Source: an uncultured Eubacterium sp.
GTDB taxonomy: Bacteria; Bacillota; Clostridia; Lachnospirales; Lachnospiraceae
Length of the DNA: 43,883 nt
Direction: 5' to 3'
Assembly: GCA_905236225.1 (NCBI GenBank)
Contig: CAJOPM010000045.1
Location: forward strand, 1-43,883
A program made the translations under genes and the position numbers. The notes under the pieces are model-generated. The model was not told the origin of the DNA. It searched no databases and saw nothing but the letters and a program-made list of their open reading frames with translations. Of this stretch, positions 30,086 to 39,232 are shown piece by piece; within the stretch, counting starts at the first letter, position 1; each line of letters starts with the position of its first letter.

Positions 30086-31534
30086 ATGAATAATAATTTC
30101 GATAATTTTTGCGATGATGTTGATATGGGACTTCATGAAGAGTGCGGTGTATTCGGAATGTATGATTTTGACGGCAAGGATGTAGCAAGATCGATATATT
30201 ACGGACTTTTTGCCCTGCAGCATAGAGGCCAGGAAAGTTGTGGTATTGCAGTAAGTGATACATCCGGCCCTAAAGGATTGGTTTCATCACATAAGGGGAT
30301 GGGGCTTGTCAATGAAGTGTTTACATCTGAATCACTTTCAAAACTTCAGGGTAATCTGGGAGTGGGGCATGTGCGTTATTCTACTGCCGGAGCTTCCGTG
30401 CCTGAAAATGCACAGCCGCTTGTACTTAATTATATAAAAGGTACTTTGGCACTTGCGCATAATGGCAATTTGGTTAATGCTGCACAGTTAAGAAGTGATT
30501 TGGAGGCAACGGGCGCTATTTTCCAGACTACAATTGATTCTGAAGTAATAGCATACCATATAGCAAGAGAAAGACTTGTTTCAAAGTCTGTTGAAGAGGC
30601 TGTAAAAAAGGCCTGTCAAAAAATTAAGGGTGCATATTCGCTTGTAATTGCAAGTCCGAGGAAATTAATTGCAGCAAGGGATCCGTATGGTTTTAGACCG
30701 CTTTGTATAGGCAAAAGAGACAATGCATATATTGTTACTTCTGAGACATGTGCCCTAGAGACGTTGGATGCTCAGTTTGTCAGAGATGTTGAGCCCGGAG
30801 AGATAGTTACTATTACTGAAAATAAAATTGAATCAGATAGAACGATGTGTCTTGATGCTTCAAAACAAGCAAGATGTATATTTGAATATATTTATTTTGC
30901 AAGACCCGACAGTCGTATTGATGATGTTAGTGTATATCAGTCCAGAATCCAGGCAGGTAGATTTTTGGCGATAGATTCGCCGCAGGATGCTGATTTGGTT
31001 GTTGGCGTGCCTGAGTCCGGTAATCCCGCAGCGCTGGGATATGCAATGGAATCAGGAATTCCTTACGGAACAGCTTTCATTAAGAATGGCTACGTTGGAA
31101 GAACATTTATTAAACCCGGACAATCATCAAGAGAGTCAGCGGTTAGAATTAAACTTAATGTTCTAAAAGAGGCTGTTAAGGGTAAACGCATTATTATGAT
31201 TGATGATTCTATTGTAAGAGGAACTACGTCTGATAGGATTGTTGGAATGCTAAAAGAAGCCGGCGCAAGCGAAGTTCATGTTAGGATATCATCCCCACCG
31301 TTTTTATGGCCATGTTATTTTGGTACGGATATACCGGAAAGAAATCAGCTTATAGCTTATAATCGCTCAGTTGAAGATATCAGAAAGATTATTAAAGCTG
31401 ATTCTCTTGCCTATTTAAAACTGGATAGGCTTAATGAGATGGCTCAGGGGTTATCAATTTGCAACGGGTGTTTTACCGGCAAATATCCGATAGAACCGCC
31501 TAAAGATGATATTCGAGGAGACTATATACATTAA
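30086..31534 (+). CDS. purF: Amidophosphoribosyltransferase
   Basis: EECGVFG propeptide/Cys1, LQHRGQE, GHVRYST, HNGN, IDDSIVRGTT. Confidence 0.98.
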   Translation: MNNNFDNFCDDVDMGLHEECGVFGMYDFDGKDVARSIYYGLFALQHRGQESCGIAVSDTSGPKGLVSSHKGMGLVNEVFTSESLSKLQGNLGVGHVRYSTAGASVPENAQPLVLNYIKGTLALAHNGNLVNAAQLRSDLEATGAIFQTTIDSEVIAYHIARERLVSKSVEEAVKKACQKIKGAYSLVIASPRKLIAARDPYGFRPLCIGKRDNAYIVTSETCALETLDAQFVRDVEPGEIVTITENKIESDRTMCLDASKQARCIFEYIYFARPDSRIDDVSVYQSRIQAGRFLAIDSPQDADLVVGVPESGNPAALGYAMESGIPYGTAFIKNGYVGRTFIKPGQSSRESAVRIKLNVLKEAVKGKRIIMIDDSIVRGTTSDRIVGMLKEAGASEVHVRISSPPFLWPCYFGTDIPERNQLIAYNRSVEDIRKIIKADSLAYLKLDRLNEMAQGLSICNGCFTGKYPIEPPKDDIRGDYIH

Positions 31535-31552
31535 TTACAAGGAGGAGCTTTG

Positions 31553-32986
31553 ATGAGCACAGATATATACAGTAGTCCGCTTTCACAGCGTTATGCAAGT
31601 AAGGAAATGCAACATATTTTCTCACAGGATGTTAAGTTTTCAACATGGAGAAAATTGTGGATTGCCCTTGCTCAAAGTGAGATGGAACTTGGACTTCCTA
31701 TAAAAGAAGAGCAAGTTAAAGAAATGCAAAGTCATATCTATGATATTAACTATGATGTAGCAAGGGAAAGAGAAAAACTTGTAAGACATGATGTTATGTC
31801 TCATGTTTATGCATATGGTCAGCAGTGCCCTAACGCAGCAGGAATCATACATTTAGGCGCGACTTCTTGCTATGTCGGAGACAATACCGACATTATTATA
31901 ATGCGCGAGGCTCTTGAACTTGTCAGGAAGAAGCTGATAAATGTAATTGAAAAGCTCTCTCGTTTTGCAGATGAGAATAAATCTGTGCCGACTCTTGGAT
32001 TTACTCACTTTCAGCCTGCACAGCCAACAACGGTAGGAAAGAGAGCAACGCTTTGGATTCAAGAGTTTTTAATGGATTTAGAGGATATAGATTATCTTAT
32101 TCCATCATTAAAACTTTTAGGATGCAAAGGAACTACAGGAACTCAGGCCAGTTTCTTAGAATTGTTTGAAGGCGATTATGAAAAAGTTAAAAAGCTTGAT
32201 AAAATGATAGCTGAAAAAATGGGATTTGAAAAATGTTATCCTGTATCAGGCCAGACATATTCAAGAAAGGTTGATCAAAGAGTAGCTAACCTTCTTTCAG
32301 GTATAGCGGCAAGTGCTCACAAGATGTCAAATGATATCAGATTGCTTCAACATCTTAAAGAAGTAGAAGAACCGTTTGAGAAGAATCAGATTGGTTCATC
32401 GGCTATGGCATACAAGAGAAATCCGATGAGATCTGAAAGAATTGCGTCTCTTTCAAGATATGTTATGATTGATGCTCTTAATCCGGCAATTACATCTGCC
32501 GTACAATGGTTTGAAAGAACTTTGGATGATTCAGCTAATAAAAGAATCAGCATTTCAGAAGCTTTTCTTGCTATCGATGGAGTACTTGATCTGTGTATTA
32601 ATGTTACAGACGGACTAAAAGTTTATGATAAAGTTATAAGACGACATTTGATGAGTGAGCTTCCATTCATGGCGACTGAAAATATCATTATGGATGAGGT
32701 GAAAAAGGGCGGCAACAGACAGGAATTACATGAGAAGATAAGACAACTTTCAATGCAAGCCGGAAAATGCGTAAAAGAAGAAGGAAAGGATAATAATCTT
32801 TTAGAACTAATAGCTTCAGACGAAACATTTTCAATGACTCTTGAAGAACTTGAGGAAAATATGAAACCTGAAAATTATGTGGGCTGTGCACCTATGCAGG
32901 TTGATGATTTCCTAAATGATTATGTTAAGCCTGTTCTTGATGCAAATAAAGATTTGCTGGGGGTTAGCGCTCAGATAAATGTATAA
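31553..32986 (+). CDS. purB: Adenylosuccinate lyase
   Basis: HDVMSH, HLGATS, THFQPAQ, GSSAMAYKRNP; AGGAGG RBS (TTG 31550 or ATG 31553). Confidence 0.97.
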   Translation: MSTDIYSSPLSQRYASKEMQHIFSQDVKFSTWRKLWIALAQSEMELGLPIKEEQVKEMQSHIYDINYDVAREREKLVRHDVMSHVYAYGQQCPNAAGIIHLGATSCYVGDNTDIIIMREALELVRKKLINVIEKLSRFADENKSVPTLGFTHFQPAQPTTVGKRATLWIQEFLMDLEDIDYLIPSLKLLGCKGTTGTQASFLELFEGDYEKVKKLDKMIAEKMGFEKCYPVSGQTYSRKVDQRVANLLSGIAASAHKMSNDIRLLQHLKEVEEPFEKNQIGSSAMAYKRNPMRSERIASLSRYVMIDALNPAITSAVQWFERTLDDSANKRISISEAFLAIDGVLDLCINVTDGLKVYDKVIRRHLMSELPFMATENIIMDEVKKGGNRQELHEKIRQLSMQAGKCVKEEGKDNNLLELIASDETFSMTLEELEENMKPENYVGCAPMQVDDFLNDYVKPVLDANKDLLGVSAQINV

Positions 32987-32993
32987 CATATTC

Positions 32994-33022
32994 TTGCACA
33001 TTAAATTATAATATGGTATACT
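32994..33022 (+). promoter_or_regulatory. sigma-A promoter of secG
   Basis: TTGCAC, 17-nt spacer, TATACT with extended TG. Confidence 0.7.
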
Positions 33023-33089
33023 ACTTTGCGTTGTGAATTTTTTGATTTAATTATATTTATATGGTTTCAGACCATAGGAGGTCATTATT

Positions 33090-33335
33090 TTGGATATATT
33101 AAGAGTTATTCTATATATAGTACTTATAGCAGCTTGTGCGCTTTCAGTTATTATTATCCTTATGCAGGAAGGCAAGCAGAATGGATTGGGTTCTCTTAGC
33201 GGAGCCGTAGAGGATACATACTGGACCAAGAATAAGGGAAGATCAATGGAGGGTAATCTCGTTAAGATAACCACTCTTTTAGTAGTTTTATTTATGGCAA
33301 TATCTCTTGTTCTTGAGATGGAAATTATGCAATAA
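33090..33335 (+). CDS. secG: Preprotein translocase subunit SecG
   Basis: Two TM helices flanking ILMQEGK..GLGSLSG; AGGAGG RBS; canonical secG-rnr-smpB-ssrA synteny. Confidence 0.93.
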   Translation: MDILRVILYIVLIAACALSVIIILMQEGKQNGLGSLSGAVEDTYWTKNKGRSMEGNLVKITTLLVVLFMAISLVLEMEIMQ

Positions 33336-33346
33336 TGATTAGGTAA

Positions 33347-33372
33347 GGCTGTTGTTTATATAAACAACAGCC
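33347..33372 (+). terminator. secG terminator hairpin, separated from its T-tract by an insertion
   Basis: Perfect 26-bp palindrome GGCTGTTGTTTATATAAACAACAGCC; the TTTT tract now lies at 34984-34987. Confidence 0.8.
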
Positions 33373-33419
33373 ACTCTGCTATACTACATATAGTGATATA
33401 ATTGGAGACTGCATCAGTT

Positions 33420-33599
33420 TTGAAGAAGTTGGTGAATTCATATCGCGGCTATTCGACCAGCATTGAGTTCAGTGAAGATGAGAATGTTTACATTGGGATA
33501 GTTAAGGATATCGCAGAGGGTTTTCGAGGTAGAACCATCGACGAGGCATTGAAATGATTCCACTCGGTGGTTGACCGGCATATCAATATCGGAGGATAA
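33420..33599 (+). pseudogene. HicB-like antitoxin remnant with in-frame stop
   Basis: TTG-KKLVNSYRGYSTSIEFSEDENVYIGIVKDIAEGFRGRTIDEALK*FHSVVDRHINIGG*; resembles the HicB N-terminus (YKGY...E.S.ED..F.G....G.T..E....F...VD); TGA at 33555-33557. Confidence 0.6.
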
Positions 33600-33600
33600 C

Positions 33601-33759
33601 ATGTTCGATTTCACAGATCCCGGATTCCTTGGGCTCATGGAGTCCGAAGGGATGATGGATACAAACGAAGGACTGATCTCCCGCGTTTCAAAGGTGCTGG
33701 AGAACAGCCCGAGCAATGTTAAGTCTTATAGTTTTTGTGCGGAGCATAACGATGACTGA
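33601..33759 (+). CDS. Short hypothetical ORF, possibly a truncated gene
   Basis: GGAGGA RBS before ATG 33601; 52 aa; its end overlaps the start of the next gene. Confidence 0.4.
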   Translation: MFDFTDPGFLGLMESEGMMDTNEGLISRVSKVLENSPSNVKSYSFCAEHNDD

Positions 33760-34177
33760 GAAGAAACGAAAAGCCTTGCGGAACATCGATGTGAGACTTC
33801 TGTATATTCTCCCATCTTTGCTCGCACTCGTGATTGCATTCACAGTGTTTGCGTATCAGTTCGGGAACGAGATCGTGGATCTGAAAAACACCTGCTACAC
33901 GATCTACATGAATACGCCAGAGAACAGAACGGAAGATGAAATGATCGAAGAGTTGGATGAAATGCTGGTGAATTATGATATCTCAGGCTTTACGATCAAC
34001 CTGAATACCCAGGGCGCGTATGTTTCAGACGGCAAGATTCAGCTCGACAATTCGCTGCAGATTGCGTTCATGGATATCGCAAGAGATACAGTATACAAAA
34101 TTGCAGAGGACTTGCGGGAAACTTATGGCGTGACGATCATGATACAGGAATCTGTCGTGAAGGTCTCGTATCTGTGA
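33752..34177 (+). CDS. Membrane-anchored DUF3574-like protein
   Basis: N-terminal TM, then YTIYM...GFTI...QGAY..DG....NSLQI.F....V.KIAEDL pattern; GGAG RBS before ATG 33752. Confidence 0.55.
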   Translation: MTEKKRKALRNIDVRLLYILPSLLALVIAFTVFAYQFGNEIVDLKNTCYTIYMNTPENRTEDEMIEELDEMLVNYDISGFTINLNTQGAYVSDGKIQLDNSLQIAFMDIARDTVYKIAEDLRETYGVTIMIQESVVKVSYL

Positions 34178-34188
34178 GGTCAGCGCCC

Positions 34189-34776
34189 ATGAGTTACGTT
34201 TTATGCCTGGTCATTTCAAACTGTCTGTCGTTCGTCGGCTTTTTACTGGTCGTTTACTACAGCATCCATATCAACAGAGACAGCATGCTGCGGATCAGCA
34301 TAGTCATGACGTTGCTGCAGATCACAGCGTATGTCATCATCGGCTGCTTTAATGCGGCAGTGGCTTCTCTGTTTGCGCTGCTACGGAGTTATATTTGTCT
34401 GAAATACCCGAACATAAAAGAAGGCACGCTTATCAAAACAGCGAACCTCATAGTCGGAACAGCCTTCTCGATGTGGTGCGCATATCACGGCGACGGCACA
34501 TGGGTCGCTTATCTGCCGGCGGCGAGCTTCCTGTTCTGCTCCATCGGTTATTATTTGACGAAAAGCCCCGGCGCACTGCGGATCATCAACGCATTGGATG
34601 TCCTGTTGTTCTGGATGGTGTTTGACTTTGTCAATCTGATGGTATTTTACGTTGTGGTGGATCTGTTCATCGTCACTTTCCCCATCGCAGAGCGATATGT
34701 GAATCTAGACAGAACAGATTTTGCGGAACATACGCAGAAGAGCAACCCTCAAAATAAGGCGTTCAGAGATTCATGA
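34189..34776 (+). CDS. YgjV-like inner membrane protein
   Basis: About six hydrophobic helices with a duplicated 3-TM pattern (LRISIV.../LRIINA..FW.VFD); GAGG RBS before ATG 34189 (GTG 34174 is an alternative). Confidence 0.65.
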   Translation: MSYVLCLVISNCLSFVGFLLVVYYSIHINRDSMLRISIVMTLLQITAYVIIGCFNAAVASLFALLRSYICLKYPNIKEGTLIKTANLIVGTAFSMWCAYHGDGTWVAYLPAASFLFCSIGYYLTKSPGALRIINALDVLLFWMVFDFVNLMVFYVVVDLFIVTFPIAERYVNLDRTDFAEHTQKSNPQNKAFRDS

Positions 34777-34909
34777 TATCAACTCGTTCCATACAGAGTG
34801 TGTGGCGTTGATGTCAAAGAAATAAGTAAATCCTGCTAATGTATATTGAGGAGGAAGGAACACTACGACAAAACTGATCGTAGCATTAATGTATAGTTTC
34901 TACATAAAG

Positions 34910-34964
34910 TAATACATTCCCAATCTGCCGGCACTGTATAGTCCGGCAGATTGGGAATGTATTA
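34910..34964. repeat. Perfect 22-bp inverted repeat at the right end of the insertion
   Basis: TAATACATTCCCAATCTGCCGG-(11 nt)-CCGGCAGATTGGGAATGTATTA, directly abutting the direct repeat at 34965. Confidence 0.9.
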
Positions 34965-35010
34965 GTTTATATAAACAACAGCCTTTTATTAAATTCAAGG
35001 AGATGCAAAT

Positions 35011-36942
35011 TTGGGATCAAAAGCTAAATACCTTAGAGGGGTTTTTATGGCTAATAAAAACGGATATGGATTTGTCAGCGTAGATGATGAGGATGAAGAT
35101 GTATTTATATCACCTGATAATACTCATAACGCTTTTCATATGGATAAAGTGCGAATTAAGATACTTCCTGTAAAGAGTGGACATTCCAGGGAAGGTAAGA
35201 TAGTAGCAATTGAAGAGCATGGAATTGACAAGGTAGTGGGAACCTATGTTAATAATGGGGAATACGGGTTTGTCATAGCTGATAATGCAAAAATAACAAA
35301 AGATATTTATGTTACAGCAGCTAATTCTAAGAACGCTTTAGACAATCAGAAGGTCGTAGCACTTATTACTTCATATGGAGATAAAAAACATAAGCCTGAA
35401 GGTAAAATCATAGAAATTCTTGGCGATAGGGAAACTGTGGGAGTTGATATTTCCTCTATAGCTAGAGAATACGATATAGATGAAGAATTCCCTAAAAAGG
35501 TTTTAAAACAGGCTTTGAATGTATCCTCTAAGGTTAGCCGGACGGATATAGAATGGAGAAGCGATCTTAGAGATCTTACCATGGTAACTATTGATGGTGA
35601 AGATGCTAAGGATTTAGATGATGCGGTATCTTTGACTGTTAGGGATGGATATTATTATCTGGGGGTTCATATTGCAGATGTATCAAATTACGTTCAAGAG
35701 GGAAGCGCACTTGATAAAGAAGCCCTAAAAAGAGGGACATCTGTTTATTTGACCGGAAGAGTTATTCCAATGCTTCCTAAAGAACTCTCAAATGGTATTT
35801 GCTCTTTAAATCAAGGCCAGGATAGGCTGGCACTTAGTTGCATAATGAAGATTGACAAAAATGGCGTTATTCAAGACCATGAAATCAAGGAAAGCGTAAT
35901 ATGTGTTAATCATAGGATGACATATGGAGAAGTTAATAGTATTATCTGTGGTGGTGATGACACATTAACAAAGAAATATTTTGATGTCATAGATATGCTA
36001 AAGCAGATGCATACTCTTTCGTTAATGCTTCGCCAAAACAGAGAAAAAAGAGGCGCTATTGATTTTGATTTTCCAGAGACGGATGTGATTCTTGATAATA
36101 ATGGACACCCGATAGATATAAAAGCCCACGAAAGAAATGATGCGACAAGGTTAATTGAGGATTTTATGCTTGCTGCAAATGAGACAGTCGCAGAAGAATA
36201 TTATTGGAGAAGTATTCCTTTTTTATATAGGACTCACTTAAAGCCTGATTTAGAAAAAATTGACTATCTTTCGGAAATGGTTACAAAATATGGTTGTTAT
36301 CTAAGAATTGTTAAAGATGAGATACACCCAAGACAAATACAGGAAGTTTTAAGAAAAATAAAGGGCAGTCCGCAAGAAGCTTCGCTTAGTGTTATGGTGC
36401 TTAGAGCTATGCAACAGGCTAAATATACATCCGCATGTGACGGACATTTTGCACTTGCAGCTAAATATTACTGCCATTTCACATCGCCAATCAGAAGATA
36501 TCCTGATTTGCAAATACATAGAATTATTAAAGAAGTAATAAACGGCAAATATGATGAAAAGAGAAGAAGCCATTATTCTTCAATAATTGATGATGTTGCA
36601 CAGCAATGCAGCGAATTGGAAAGAAGAGCGCAGGAAGCAGAAAGACAAAGCGTAAAACTAAAGGTTTCTGAATATATGAAGGAAAACATCGGAAAGATTT
36701 TTGATGGTGTAGTAAGCTCTGTTACATCTTTTGGAGCATATGTTCAATTGGAAAATACAGCAGAAGGACTTGTGCACATATCACAAATTATAGATGATTA
36801 TTATATATATGATGAAAAAGAAAATGCTTTGTGTGCTACTAATAGCGGACGACAAATATGCATAGGTGACAAAGTCAGAGTTGTTGTAAGCTCTGCGGAT
36901 ACTAACATGCGGACAGTTGATTTTAAATTTGTGGAGAATTAA
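35011..36942 (+). CDS. rnr: Ribonuclease R
   Basis: Cold-shock domains (GYGFV), RNB motif TIDGEDAKDLDDA, HFTSPIRRYPDL, C-terminal S1 domain. Confidence 0.96.
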   Translation: MGSKAKYLRGVFMANKNGYGFVSVDDEDEDVFISPDNTHNAFHMDKVRIKILPVKSGHSREGKIVAIEEHGIDKVVGTYVNNGEYGFVIADNAKITKDIYVTAANSKNALDNQKVVALITSYGDKKHKPEGKIIEILGDRETVGVDISSIAREYDIDEEFPKKVLKQALNVSSKVSRTDIEWRSDLRDLTMVTIDGEDAKDLDDAVSLTVRDGYYYLGVHIADVSNYVQEGSALDKEALKRGTSVYLTGRVIPMLPKELSNGICSLNQGQDRLALSCIMKIDKNGVIQDHEIKESVICVNHRMTYGEVNSIICGGDDTLTKKYFDVIDMLKQMHTLSLMLRQNREKRGAIDFDFPETDVILDNNGHPIDIKAHERNDATRLIEDFMLAANETVAEEYYWRSIPFLYRTHLKPDLEKIDYLSEMVTKYGCYLRIVKDEIHPRQIQEVLRKIKGSPQEASLSVMVLRAMQQAKYTSACDGHFALAAKYYCHFTSPIRRYPDLQIHRIIKEVINGKYDEKRRSHYSSIIDDVAQQCSELERRAQEAERQSVKLKVSEYMKENIGKIFDGVVSSVTSFGAYVQLENTAEGLVHISQIIDDYYIYDEKENALCATNSGRQICIGDKVRVVVSSADTNMRTVDFKFVEN

Positions 36943-36945
36943 ACT

Positions 36946-37413
36946 ATGTCAAATGATGTTACGAAAATGGTTGCTAATAATAAAAAAGCATATCATGATT
37001 TTTTTATAGAAGAAAAAATTGAGGCGGGAATTGCGCTGGCCGGTACAGAAGTGAAATCTTTACGTATGGGGAAATGCAGCATTAAAGAAGCATATATTCA
37101 AATAAAAGATAATGAAGCTTATATTTATGGCATGCACATATCTCCATATGAGATGGGAAATATCTTTAATAAGGATCCACTAAGAGTAAGAAAGCTTTTG
37201 CTTCACAAATCTCAAATTAATCATTTGATTGGGAAAATCAAAGAAAGAGGTTATTCTATTGTACCGCTAAGTGTATATTTTAAGGGAAATTACGCCAAGG
37301 TTGCCATAGCTTTGGCTAAAGGTAAAAAACTGTATGATAAACGTGCGGATATTGCCAAAAAAGATATGAAAAGAGAGGCACAAAGAGAGTTTAAAGTGCG
37401 TAACTTAAGATAA
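36946..37413 (+). CDS. smpB: SsrA-binding protein
   Basis: NKKAYHDF, EAGIAL.GTEVKSLR, RKLLLHK, GKKLYDKR. Confidence 0.98.
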   Translation: MSNDVTKMVANNKKAYHDFFIEEKIEAGIALAGTEVKSLRMGKCSIKEAYIQIKDNEAYIYGMHISPYEMGNIFNKDPLRVRKLLLHKSQINHLIGKIKERGYSIVPLSVYFKGNYAKVAIALAKGKKLYDKRADIAKKDMKREAQREFKVRNLR

Positions 37414-37437
37414 AAAATATGTGAAAATGCAGCTATC

Positions 37438-37466
37438 TTGACGAAAATACTTATTTTAAATATAAT
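37438..37466 (+). promoter_or_regulatory. sigma-A promoter of ssrA
   Basis: TTGACG, 17-nt spacer, TATAAT. Confidence 0.8.
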
Positions 37467-37519
37467 AGTTTTCATAATAAATATTACTAGTTATTAAACT
37501 TTATTTTTGCTTTAATTTT

Positions 37520-37865
37520 GGGACAGTAAAGGTTTCGACGGGGGTCTTGAAGTCGGAGAAGCTATCCGCAGGATGATGCGTTAAATCTCACATTAAAATT
37601 AAACGCTAAAGATAATAATAAATTAGCAATTGCTGCCTAAGGCAGCGCTTGCCCTTCCTTTGGCACCTGCGCTTTAGGTTTTGGGTATCGACTTCGCAGG
37701 AAACGACATATGCAAAGCTTTGAGTATATGGGCGTATTATGAAGCTACCAAACCCGGGAGAATGTCAGGTTTTCGCCCGGCAGAGGGAATTTAAAACAAC
37801 CGACTATGATAGTAGAAGTACGATGGATGGGCTTTCGGACACGAGTTCGATTCTCGTCTGTTCCA
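37520..37865 (+). ncRNA. ssrA: tmRNA; tag peptide (A)AKDNNKLAIAA
   Basis: Acceptor GGGACAG/CTGTTCC with G3-U pair, GGTTTCGAC, T-arm ACGAG-TTCGATT-CTCGT, tag ORF 37605-37640; follows smpB. Confidence 0.97.
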
Positions 37866-37877
37866 TTAACATCAATC

Positions 37878-37907
37878 TGCCGGAAATTTATTTCCGGCAA
37901 TTTTTTT
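37878..37907 (+). terminator. tmRNA terminator
   Basis: TGCCGGAAAT-tt-ATTTCCGGCA followed by T7. Confidence 0.85.
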
Positions 37908-37916
37908 GAGGAAGAT

Positions 37917-38504
37917 ATGAGCGAAGAAGCTAACACCAATTTTAATGTAAATGGGTATATTTTTGAGACAAAAACTGAGTTTGACAGAGCAAATAAGGAA
38001 TTTCAGGTGTGCAAAATTATTAGACAAAAGCTTGAATTTGCTGCGCCTGAAAAAATTCTTATGATATACAATAAGCTTATCGAAGAAAAACTTTTAGAAA
38101 CTCCTGTCGGGCTTGAATTTTTAATGGAGATTCGTAATCATCTGATTGCAACGCAGACTATTCCAAAAGATAAAATATATGATATACCTGTTCCGTCAAA
38201 GGTAGATAAATTAGAGACTGCGAAAACTGAAAACATAGATGAAATAGTTGATAATAAAAAAAGAAAAAATCAGATTTCAAAAGAAGAAAAGGTATATAGA
38301 GGTCGATTTATTACAGCTCTTGTGATAATTTTTGCGCTTATAGGCGTAATTATTGCAATGTTTTATATATCTAATTCATCTGAAAACATTACAATTCTCA
38401 ATTACAAAGAGCAAATTATTAATCAGTATGAACAATGGGAAGCTGATCTTAATGAACGAGAGCAAGTAATCAGAGAATATGAAGAAAAATATGGAATCGA
38501 GTAA
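37917..38504 (+). CDS. Hypothetical protein with one TM helix near the C-terminus and a coiled-coil tail
   Basis: GAGG RBS before ATG 37917. Track start 37806 lies inside tmRNA and is rejected. Confidence 0.75.
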   Translation: MSEEANTNFNVNGYIFETKTEFDRANKEFQVCKIIRQKLEFAAPEKILMIYNKLIEEKLLETPVGLEFLMEIRNHLIATQTIPKDKIYDIPVPSKVDKLETAKTENIDEIVDNKKRKNQISKEEKVYRGRFITALVIIFALIGVIIAMFYISNSSENITILNYKEQIINQYEQWEADLNEREQVIREYEEKYGIE

Positions 38505-38515
38505 AGGTGGTATAT

Positions 38516-39199
38516 ATGAGCAAAGGTAAAATTTTAGTTGTAGATGATGAAAGCAGAATGAGAAAGCTTGTCAGGGATTTTCTTGTACATAATGATTATG
38601 AAGTTTTAGAGGCAGCTGATGGCGAACAGGCACTTGATATTTTTTATAAGGACAAGGAAATTGTGCTTATTATTTTGGATGTAATGATGCCAAAAAGAAG
38701 TGGTTGGGAGGTTTTGAGTGAAATTAGGGAAACATCTGAAGTCCCGGTAATAATGCTTACGGCCAGGACAAGCGAAAATGATGAGCTTCAAGGTTTTGAT
38801 ATTGGCGCAGACGAGTATATCGCCAAACCTTTTAGCCCTAAGATTCTAGTTGCCAGAGTTGAAGCTATTTTAAGACGAAGCACTTCAAAGGAAGAAGAAG
38901 GAAAGAATATAGAGATAGGTGGTATTACGATAGATAAAGCAGCACACACTGTTGAGATAGACGGAAACAGAATTGAGCTTAGTTTTAAAGAATTCGAACT
39001 TTTGGTTTATTTTGCGGAAAATACGGGTATTGCTTTATCAAGAGAAAAAATCCTGAATCATGTATGGGATTATGATTATTTTGGCGATGCGAGAACTATT
39101 GATACGCATGTTAAAAAGCTACGTAGTAAAATGGGAGAAAAGGGAAATTATATAAAGACTATTTGGGGTATGGGATATAAATTCGATCCCGAAGCATAA
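38516..39199 (+). CDS. OmpR-family response regulator
   Basis: ILVVDDE, LDVMMP, MLTA, KPF, winged helix RTIDTHVKKLR.K...TIWGMGY. Confidence 0.95.
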   Translation: MSKGKILVVDDESRMRKLVRDFLVHNDYEVLEAADGEQALDIFYKDKEIVLIILDVMMPKRSGWEVLSEIRETSEVPVIMLTARTSENDELQGFDIGADEYIAKPFSPKILVARVEAILRRSTSKEEEGKNIEIGGITIDKAAHTVEIDGNRIELSFKEFELLVYFAENTGIALSREKILNHVWDYDYFGDARTIDTHVKKLRSKMGEKGNYIKTIWGMGYKFDPEA

Positions 39200-39232
39200 A
39201 GAACTCATTATTTATAAGGAGCGTCGTCTGTT

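Larger units (their letters stand above)
33354..34983. mobile_element. 1611-bp recombinase-less insertion flanked by 19-bp direct repeats
   Basis: GTTTATATAAACAACAGCC at 33354-33372 and 34965-34983. Higher GC inside (33/60 at 34501-34560 vs 18/60 at 35101-35160). Interrupts secG-rnr synteny. Confidence 0.85.

Noticed and set aside
19990-32986. pur genes split around glycolytic genes, with eno and cggR absent
   Set aside because: Gene-order shuffling of this kind is common in Clostridia; no sign of a new system.
37806-37916. N-terminal extension of the ORF after ssrA
   Set aside because: Overlaps the tmRNA 3' end and terminator; an RBS supports ATG 37917.
37860-37920. Possible island integrated at ssrA (or at the tRNAs at 17413-17609)
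   Set aside because: No integrase follows, no duplicated 3' end was seen, and downstream genes look host-like.
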